Shown here piece after piece: positions 1 through 7,254 of a stretch of DNA of 11,332 nt (the first letter of the stretch is position 1; every line of letters begins with the position of its first letter). The notes beneath the pieces are model-generated. The model saw only the letters and a list, made by a program, of their open reading frames with translations. It ran no database searches and was not told the DNA's origin. The translations under genes and the position numbers were made by a program. This DNA is from Amoeboradix gromovi X-113 (lineage: Eukaryota; Fungi; Sanchytriomycota). Where the stretch lies: positions 1 to 11,332 of the forward strand of contig JADGIF010000305.1 in assembly GCA_018985225.1 (NCBI GenBank), given 5' to 3'.

Positions 1-91
1 ATAATAGAAGATCTTTTATTAATGATAGCATTTCCTGCGTATGGTGCACCTTTAAAAACGAGTTAGTCTAGTTTTTATATTTGGTGTCCCA
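1..91 (-). repeat. Terminal part of a second copy of the MITE-like element, inverted relative to 1602-1695 and probably continuing beyond the window start
   Basis: 1-91 aligns with the reverse complement of 1602-1695 with 6 substitutions and one 3-nt indel. Clear similarity stops at ...GGTGTCCCA, the same end point as the other two copies of this motif. Confidence 0.9.
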
Positions 92-630
92 CTTAGTTGA
101 TATTCAGTCAGAGCAGCATTCATGACTTCTTTCGTACTTAAATGTGGTACCTGCAATTTGATTGAATATGCTTGAAATTAAAGGCGATTTCAATAGATAT
201 AGAGACAGCGGCATCAAAAATCTAGCATTGCACATAACAAAATAAAAGACATTGACTTGCTATATTAACGGCTCTGATATATCACATTCCAACGGAAGTA
301 GCTGTTCTCTTTTGTCACCATTACTTAGTATTAGGCAATCTTGCAAAATTTGGACACAATATTGAAAGACAATCGCTTATTTCATTGTGAATACTTGAAG
401 TAGGTGAGCTCTTTTCGGATAATTCAAGGGACTAGGCAATCCACTAACGAATTGGAAGCCGATGTGTATAAGATTAACTTATCAGTTTTTCAAGGAAATA
501 GTTTTGAAATAATTTTATCTAAATAATCTTAAATTTTTACAGAACTTTGAATTAGCAGAAGCCAATTTTGTGATACATGCGATTTTTAAAATCCTAACGA
601 CCAAAAAATTGGTATATCCGTGAAATATAC

Positions 631-728
631 GCCAATCAGCTGTCCCAAAAACCGGTTCAAAATCGTATGCACGTGTATAAGCACTGATCATAATTAAGCA
701 CGTGATAGTGACATTATAAAGTTATAAA
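631..728 (+). promoter_or_regulatory. Putative Pol II promoter of the 751-1230 gene: CCAAT box, two E-boxes, TATA-like boxes
   Basis: GCCAATCAG at 631-639; CACGTG at 670-675 and 699-704, both as GCACGTG; TATAAA at 715-720 and 723-728. Confidence 0.5.
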
Positions 729-750
729 TGTTTCACAGCACTAATCCAGA

Positions 751-1230
751 ATGTTGAACTTAATAGCGACCATTACAGCGTTGGAAATTACAATCATTCA
801 ACCTTTTTTAAATAATGAGTACACGTTTGGTAGCAACATTCCTATAAGATGGACATATCCTGAGAACGCTACGGTCCCTGAATCAGTATCCTTTGTTTTG
901 TTAGACGGAAGCAAAAATATGAATGATGCAGTTAGTTTCGGTGAAGTTGCAAATGTATCACCAAGTCTGAAATCTATTACTATAAAGACACCAGAAGTAC
1001 CGGACGGCAAATCCTATTTTATTAGAGTAGGCAATGATGGCGATTACAGATACTCTTCAGCCTTTGCTATTAAATCAAACTCTACAGAGTCTTCGCCGCC
1101 AGCCACAGAAAAAGCAGACAAGACCGATTCATCAAGCGCTCAACCAGAACAAGCAGTCGGTAGCGACGTGGTAGATTTGTCAGTTTCATTAATGATATCG
1201 ATGAGTGCACTCTTACTTAGTGGTTTTTAA
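751..1230 (+). CDS. Secreted, probably GPI-anchored Ser/Thr-rich surface protein (Kre9/Knh1 N-terminal-like, fungal GPI-anchored family)
   Basis: Short hydrophobic N-terminus. Beta-sandwich-type pattern I..P......G....I.W...LL.G...G..YFIR...YS..F.I. Ser/Thr/Pro-rich linker and hydrophobic C-terminal tail (VVDLSVSLMISMSALLLSGF). AATAAA directly after the stop (1231-1236). Confidence 0.8.
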   Translation: MLNLIATITALEITIIQPFLNNEYTFGSNIPIRWTYPENATVPESVSFVLLDGSKNMNDAVSFGEVANVSPSLKSITIKTPEVPDGKSYFIRVGNDGDYRYSSAFAIKSNSTESSPPATEKADKTDSSSAQPEQAVGSDVVDLSVSLMISMSALLLSGF

Positions 1231-1601
1231 AATAAATGATTGTCTTGATTTCCAAATGGTTATTTTGACTCTACCCGCTATGGTATACCCTTGCTGATTG
1301 TTAGACCTAATCTCACTGGACGGTAACATGGCCTTTGCTAACGCTTAGTTAGATTCTAGCGCAAACTCTTGGTGGTCCACGGTTCGTTTTGGATAACGCC
1401 ATTCACCTTCGAATTGGAATGAAAAGAGGCTATATACGGGATAGTTCTCCATATTTGCAGCTGGTAATGGTTATCTGAATCCTAAGCAACAAATATTGAT
1501 ACAACTCGAGTAAAAGATCATGCAATTTGAGCTAAGTCACATCAGTGACCACCTCGGATAAAAGTATAGTACAAAATTCGCAATTCTGACTATGCTTCAG
1601 T

Positions 1602-1908
1602 TGGGACACCAAATATAAAAACTAGACTAAGTCGTTTTTAAAGGAAGTGCTCCATAAGAAGGAAATACTATTATTAATAAAAGATCTTCTATTATACCAA
1701 TTTTCTTTCATTAATGTCATTCCTCTCTTTAAAATAAAACAAGATGACCCACTAGCTCTTTCAAATAGTGAAGGTCTTTAAGTGTCTAAGCAAAAGGTGC
1801 AACCAATAAGATTAATTTATGTTAATTTACTATCGGTTAATACACACTTGAAAATAATGATTCAAACTATTTCAGAAAGTTAGTCTAGTTTTTATGTTTG
1901 ATGTCCCA
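1602..1908. mobile_element. MITE-like non-autonomous TIR element, about 307 bp
   Basis: 29-bp terminal inverted repeats: TGGGACACCAAATATAAAAACTAGACTAA (1602-1630) and TTAGTCTAGTTTTTATGTTTGATGTCCCA (1880-1908), with 2 mismatches. AT-rich non-coding interior. A second copy of its left end is at 1-91. No clear target-site duplication seen. Confidence 0.7.
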
Positions 1909-1970
1909 TTTGTTTCTCTGGTGGGCTTTTATACATGATATCATATTTGTCTTTCCTATTCCGTAATTAT

Positions 1971-2042
1971 TCCGCCATGGTCCAGTGGTTAGGATCCCAG
2001 CTTTTCACGTTGGTGGCCGGGGTTCGATTCCCCGTGGCGGAG
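1971..2042 (+). tRNA. tRNA-Glu(TTC), intronless, CCA not encoded
   Basis: Acceptor stem TCCGCCA/TGGCGGA; D arm with AGTGGTTAGG; anticodon stem CCAGC/GTTGG with loop TTTTCAC (anticodon TTC, 2004-2006); T arm CGGGG-TTCGATT-CCCCG. Confidence 0.97.
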
Positions 2043-2517
2043 TCAGTGTACTGAGTATCGACCTATGAAATCAGGTTTAATTGATTTCAGCTAGAGATGA
2101 CCATATTTTGTCGCCTAAAGATCAGCCCAGTAATTCTGAGATAATTTCTTCTTTATCCATTAGTCATTCATCAATTAGTAAGAAACACTCAATAAACAAA
2201 AACTTGATTACCGACTTATCCTTTCTTGGGCTAGTGACTGTTTAAGCCTCATTGAACTGATCTGGCAATGCTTACATTTGGTTTATTTTTATGTTTGAGT
2301 ACATATTGGTCTGTTTTAAGCAATATAAGGAATTTTTAATCAGGTATATTCGGTCGGCTTTCTATCTACATTCTAATTTTGACATTGATTTAATAATTTG
2401 TAATTGCAAAAGGGGATTCATTAATATATCCATGATCATTTATTGGTCACAATTATATCAGTGGTTACCCACGTTGCGGTTTATAAAGTAGCAAATAACA
2501 AAGTTACTGTAAACATA

Positions 2518-2769
2518 ATGTCAACTATTAATCGACTAATAACTGCTGCATTGGATAAGCATCCTGAATGCGATCAACTATACAGAAAGACTTTGCTCCT
2601 TAACTCGTTCAAAGTTCTTATCCATCAAAGCCCGGTGCAATACGCTTCTCAGGTGTCAAAGAACCTTAACGAGATGGAGCGCATACTAGAGACTTTATTA
2701 AAGCAGGACTTGACAACTTATCCACAAATCGTTAAGGATATGAAATTAGTTGATAAAAGCAATTCGTAA
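2518..2769 (+). CDS. Small hypothetical helical protein, 83 aa (possible SERTA-like motif)
   Basis: First in-frame ATG of the 2443-2769 ORF is at 2518, in AT-rich context. Protein-like composition. Ends 29 bp from the convergent TAT stop, typical spacing for this region. Confidence 0.6.
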   Translation: MSTINRLITAALDKHPECDQLYRKTLLLNSFKVLIHQSPVQYASQVSKNLNEMERILETLLKQDLTTYPQIVKDMKLVDKSNS

Positions 2770-2798
2770 AAAACAGTAAATAATAATACCAACGAAAT

Positions 2799-3968
2799 TT
2801 ATTGCTCTTTGATGTGTTTAATCATTCTTTCTAGGGCAGTGTCCAAAAGTGATTTTGTAGGTGTAATCACAACTCGAACATACCCTTTTATCCCAAAACA
2901 TTGGCCAGGAAGACATTGTACGGAATATTTCTTCATCAGCTCTTTACAAAATGCAACGTCATCGCCACCAGGTACTTTAAACATAACATACATCGCACCC
3001 TGCGGTTTAATAACAGTAGTGTGTGGCGACAACTTATCGTATATGTAGTACGCATGTTCCTTTAACTTATCGTTTAACTCTTTATAATATTCAGTGCGAG
3101 TGTTCTTAAAAATGTCTTTCAAGGCATATTGAATCAATGAATTTGGACCCAGAATTAGCTGACTTAATTTAACGACCCCGTCTAAAATAGCATCATTGCG
3201 ATATACAATGACCCATCCTAGGCGATATCCCGGGCAAAGAAACTGCTTGGCAATTCCACCGGTGCTAAGAACTGGCAGTGTTGTCAACTCCCCTAGAGCA
3301 TAGAATTGATCGTCAAATACCATGTTAGCATAGATTTCATCAGCAATAATGGGGATAGAATGTTTTTCCAATATCTTAACTATATCCAAAAGATGTTGCT
3401 TACAGTAATTGCTACCACAGGGATTGCTGGGATTATTAATTACAATCGACTTGATTTTGCTATGCGAGTGCAGCAATTGGTCCAACTGCTCTACATCTAC
3501 TTCCCAACCTTTTGTAGGTAACAAGTCATAATATATGATTTTAATGTCCAAGTTATTTGCTAAAGTAGAATACAATGAGAAACTTGGTCTTGCGATCAAA
3601 ACCGCATCGCCAGGGTTGCAAAGAACTTTCAAGGACATTTCAAGAGCATGACTGCACCCACTTGTTAGAATAACTTGATCTTTGGATACTTTGGAATTAT
3701 TTGCACTACTCCAAAAATCAGCAACTGCTAATCTAGCTGATTCATATCCAACAGATGGAGGATAGCCATTGGCTTTTCCGCTAGCTAATGCACTGCAAAT
3801 AGAGTCAGTTACCGTTTTGGGAACTGGAAAGTTGCCAAAAACAGTAGGATCACCTAGTGATAACGCGATCTTTTCTAAATCCTTATTCCATTCTTGAATG
3901 TTGTCTACAATAGCGCGAATAGGATTATGGGTTCGACTTGCCTGTTCAGAAATTTTAAATTCGAGCAT
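2799..3968 (-). CDS. TAT: Tyrosine aminotransferase (PLP-dependent class I, animal/plant/protist-type)
   Basis: Motifs NPIRAIVD, LSLGDPTVFGNF, NGYPPSVG, VILTSGCSHALEM, NNPSNPCGSNY, IIADEIY and GGIAKQFLCPGYRLGW (PLP-binding Lys). Confidence 0.92.
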   Translation of the reverse strand: MLEFKISEQASRTHNPIRAIVDNIQEWNKDLEKIALSLGDPTVFGNFPVPKTVTDSICSALASGKANGYPPSVGYESARLAVADFWSSANNSKVSKDQVILTSGCSHALEMSLKVLCNPGDAVLIARPSFSLYSTLANNLDIKIIYYDLLPTKGWEVDVEQLDQLLHSHSKIKSIVINNPSNPCGSNYCKQHLLDIVKILEKHSIPIIADEIYANMVFDDQFYALGELTTLPVLSTGGIAKQFLCPGYRLGWVIVYRNDAILDGVVKLSQLILGPNSLIQYALKDIFKNTRTEYYKELNDKLKEHAYYIYDKLSPHTTVIKPQGAMYVMFKVPGGDDVAFCKELMKKYSVQCLPGQCFGIKGYVRVVITPTKSLLDTALERMIKHIKEQ

Positions 3969-4007
3969 TCTGAAAGCAGTAATTTCAAGGATATTTTTCT
4001 AACGAAA

Positions 4008-5025
4008 ATGAATAATTTTGGCGGTCAATCTAATGACGATATAACTACAAACAGTCCACCGTCAGATGATATATCTTGTATTCAATTTCATCCCCAGTCT
4101 GATATTTTAGCTGTATCTGCTTGGGATCAAACTGTTAGTATATATGAAGTTCAGCAACAAATCATGCCTCGCGCACAAATAAAAGTTAGTTCTATTCCTT
4201 TAGACCTTGAATGGGTAGGTGACAAACTAGTTGCCATTGCTTGTGCCGATGGTACTGTTCAAATATATAATATTGACTCTAACTCTGCCTCAACAATTGG
4301 CAAACATGACGTGGGTGCCAGAGGTGTGAATCTGGCTGCTCCTAATATTATAGTGTCTGGTGGGTGGGACAAATACCTAAAATATTGGGATCTAAATACT
4401 AAGGCGTCTCTAGGTCAGGTTTTGTTGTCTGAGCGTGTCTATTGCATGGATGCATTTAATCAGATACTTATTGCAGTCACTGCCGATAAGAACGTACATG
4501 TACTTCATATGAATAACCCGTTACAAATTATGAAAACTATGCCTTCTACTTTAAAACTGCAACCTCGTTGTATAGCACTCTATCGACCAAACCCTAATGG
4601 ATTTGCTATAGGTAGCATTGAGGGTAGATGTGCTCTGGAATACTTTGAAGACAAAGATAGTGGTTTGAAATTTTCGTTTAAATGTCATCGTGAAGACAAT
4701 AAAAGTATATTTGCTGTAAATTCAATTAAATTTCATCCTATCCATGGCACATTTACAACCGCTGGGAGCGATGGCTGCTTTCATTTCTGGGACAAGGACT
4801 CAAAACAAAGGCTTAAAGCCAATTCGAACAAGTCATTACCTATTACATGTAGTCTTTACTAACATAGCAGTCAGTTTTAATGGAAATGGTCAGTTATTCG
4901 CATACGCATTGTCTTACGATTGGTCTAAAGGACATGAAGGTAAGAAGCCTGAATTTAAGCCACAGCTGTGGGTTCATAGACTAAAGGATGAGGACATAAA
5001 GCCACGCATTAAAAAAAAGATTTAA
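4008..5025 (+). CDS. RAE1: mRNA export factor Rae1/Gle2, WD40; join(4008..4848,4868..5025), 332 aa
   Basis: Motifs GGWDKYLKYWD, ERVYCMD, GSIEGRCA, FSFKCHR, AVNSIKFHPIHGTFTTAGSDG, FWDKD, and C-terminal FAYALSYDWSKG in a second frame joined by a 19-nt intron. First ATG is at 4008. Confidence 0.95.
4849..4867 (+). other. 19-nt spliceosomal intron GTAGTCTTTACTAACATAG (alternative acceptor at 4870 gives 22 nt)
   Basis: GT...AG ends and TACTAAC at 4857-4863. Removal joins the two Rae1 frames as LPITSVSFNGNG and deletes the in-frame TAA at 4860-4862. Confidence 0.88.
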
Positions 5026-5100
5026 TAAACAAGATTGATCCTTGTTCTTCAGCTAACACTTCAATTTTTTTACGCAACTTTGGATCTCCCTGAACCACAA

Positions 5101-6717
5101 ATGACTCTTCATTACATCAAAGAAAAAGCGTCGAACGGAAATGGTACGGAATCCAAGCCATTTGGAGATGTTCAGGAATTATTCCAAGCCAACGGTATGG
5201 TTGAAATGAGCAATATTTTTATACACAATGGCGAGAAATATGAACTGATTTCCCAATCATTTTACAAAAAAAGCGTCAAATATTTTGAAAAACAGCAGAA
5301 GAAAAAAAAAGATAGTCAAGCATTACCAGCAAAACAGCAGGTGGAACTGTTGAGTTTTGAAGAGTTGAATGATGCATTAAACCAAATTAAAGCAATGGAT
5401 GACACTTTGAAAAGAACTGAAATTGGTAAGCTAAATCCTAATTCTTCAGTAGTTCGAATATTTGGGTGGATTCATCGCATTCGTAAACAAAAGAGTATTT
5501 CGTTTATTGTATTAAGAGACGGGTCTGGACAAGTGCAAATTGTGATTAATAAGGAATTAAGCAAGTTTGTGGACCAGCTAGCAACCGAATCTACTGTCGA
5601 TATCATTGGTAATCTTTGCAAAACTGATTCTACTGCCCAAGGCTTTGAAATTCAGGCTACAGCTGTGCAAGTTGTTGGAAAAGCTCCTACTGGCGATGAT
5701 GCATTTAGTAACAAGTTAAATGTGGAGTCTAACAGTGATGTTAGACTAGATCAACGTCATCTAGTTATTCGCGGTGACACCGCTAGCGCAGTATTGAAAA
5801 TGAGAAGTATCGCCAGTTTCGCGTTTCGTCACTTTTATAGGCAGCATGGTTATCATGAAATCCAACCTCCACTTATGGTACAGAATCAGTGCGAAGGAGG
5901 TTCTACTTTGTTTTCCTTCAACTACTATGATGAACCAGCATATTTAACTCAGTCTTCTCAGCTTTATTTGGAGACTGTTTTGCCAGTTTTTGGTAAAGCA
6001 TTTTGTATGACTGAATCCTTTAGAGCTGAGAAATCTAGCACACGTCGGCATTTGAGTGAGTATACTCATATTGAAGCAGAATTAAGTTTTATAACTTTCG
6101 AAGATCTATTGCAGCATCTAGAGCAGCTGTTGGCGTATGTTGTTGAGTTTATCAAAAATGACAAGGAAGCACAAGGTCTTATGGCTTTGTTAAACCCTTC
6201 CTTTGGTGGACTAAAGTTGCCAATCCGTAGAATGAGTTATAAAGATGCAATTAAATGGCTAAACGATAATAGCGTAATGAAATTGGAAGAAGAAGGTGGT
6301 GGTAACTATGTTTTTGGAGATGACATACCTGAATCTGCTGAGCGTAAGATGGTAGATCAGCTAAAGGAGCCAATAATGTTGACTCATTTCCCCACTCAAA
6401 TGAAGGCATTCTACATGCGTAAAGTAGATGATGAGCCATCATTAACCGAAAGCGTTGATATATTGCTACCAAATGTGGGAGAATGCGTTGGTGGCTCGAT
6501 GAGAGAACCCGATTACGAGTTGTTGATGGGGAGATACAAAAAAGAGGGACTGGACCCGTCCTTGTATTACTGGTATACGGATCAGCGCAAATACGGTACA
6601 ACTGAGCATGGTGGGTATGGATTAGGATTGGAAAGATTTTTGTGTTGGATATTAAATCAACATACAGTAAGAGAGGTCTGTTTGTATCCGAGATATGTGG
6701 GAAGATGTAAACCGTGA
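5101..6717 (+). CDS. NARS1: Cytosolic asparaginyl-tRNA synthetase (class IIb), 538 aa
   Basis: Eukaryotic N-terminal GNGTESKPF; OB-fold GWIHRIRKQ..FIVLRDGSG; AYLTQSSQLYLE; motif 2 FRAEKSSTRRHLSEY; motif 3 HGGYGLGLERF; C-terminal LYPRYVGRCKP. First ATG is at 5101. Confidence 0.97.
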   Translation: MTLHYIKEKASNGNGTESKPFGDVQELFQANGMVEMSNIFIHNGEKYELISQSFYKKSVKYFEKQQKKKKDSQALPAKQQVELLSFEELNDALNQIKAMDDTLKRTEIGKLNPNSSVVRIFGWIHRIRKQKSISFIVLRDGSGQVQIVINKELSKFVDQLATESTVDIIGNLCKTDSTAQGFEIQATAVQVVGKAPTGDDAFSNKLNVESNSDVRLDQRHLVIRGDTASAVLKMRSIASFAFRHFYRQHGYHEIQPPLMVQNQCEGGSTLFSFNYYDEPAYLTQSSQLYLETVLPVFGKAFCMTESFRAEKSSTRRHLSEYTHIEAELSFITFEDLLQHLEQLLAYVVEFIKNDKEAQGLMALLNPSFGGLKLPIRRMSYKDAIKWLNDNSVMKLEEEGGGNYVFGDDIPESAERKMVDQLKEPIMLTHFPTQMKAFYMRKVDDEPSLTESVDILLPNVGECVGGSMREPDYELLMGRYKKEGLDPSLYYWYTDQRKYGTTEHGGYGLGLERFLCWILNQHTVREVCLYPRYVGRCKP

Positions 6718-7254
6718 ATAAATAGTTGAATTATTACTAAATTTGGCGCTTGTCGCGACTCGATATATCTCAAAGTAACAAATTATGAATTGTACGAAAG
6801 TAGGTGAGATAGGAGTAAAAAGAAATACACCTAATCAGGCTATAAAAGATTGCCGAAAACATACCCTAACAGTAATATACAGTTCATTCATGACAACTAC
6901 AAAACAGAAAAACCAACATTAATTCCAAAAAGTGCAACTCAAGTGATAAGTTCAATCAGCAAATAGTCCAGAAGTTGTTGTCTACCATAATGTGAGAAAG
7001 CTGCTCTTGAACTACTATGCAAAATACCAGTAACCGACCCAAAGCAGTTGTGGATAGAGATAGAAATTTGTTGTAGCTATCTTCAAGCAACTGAAATCTA
7101 TTGGCAATGATGAAAGATCTAACTGGCAAAGAAGAGGAATCATTAGTAAGTATTGCTCGTCAAAGGCATAGGTAACAAAATGCGGTACATGTCCACTTGG
7201 TTATATCACTTTTTTGAAACTTGTTTTAGAAAGTTTGTCTAGATTTTGTGGAGT

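Noticed and set aside
468-482. ATAAGATTAACTTAT, matching 1806-1820 at 14 of 15 positions
   Set aside because: Too short and AT-rich to separate from chance.
1323-1348. Intron-like GTAACA...GCTAACGCTTAG (26 nt)
   Set aside because: Splicing does not build a credible ORF, and it lies beyond the poly(A) signal of the upstream gene.
1-1908. CRISPR-like array from the recurring 29-bp motif
   Set aside because: Only three copies, in mixed orientation and irregularly spaced, in a eukaryotic context with no cas genes.
3894-4007. N-terminal extension of the Rae1 ORF overlapping the TAT start
   Set aside because: Begins at a non-ATG codon chosen by the ORF finder. Rae1 similarity starts after the ATG at 4008.
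4744-5025. Separate 93-aa ORF, or a programmed frameshift in RAE1
   Set aside because: It is RAE1 exon 2. A GT-TACTAAC-AG intron explains the frame change and no slippery site is evident.
5035-5100. N-terminal extension of AsnRS (possible targeting peptide)
   Set aside because: TTG start only 9 nt after the RAE1 stop. The conserved domain starts at the ATG at 5101, and nothing supports use of the upstream codon.
5715-5735. In-frame 21-nt GT...CTAAC-AG in AsnRS as another tiny intron
   Set aside because: It encodes part of the conserved LNVES..DVRLDQRHL segment, so removal would damage the protein.
7107-7113. Box C motif ATGATGA (possible C/D snoRNA)
   Set aside because: No CTGA box D before the next gene's start.
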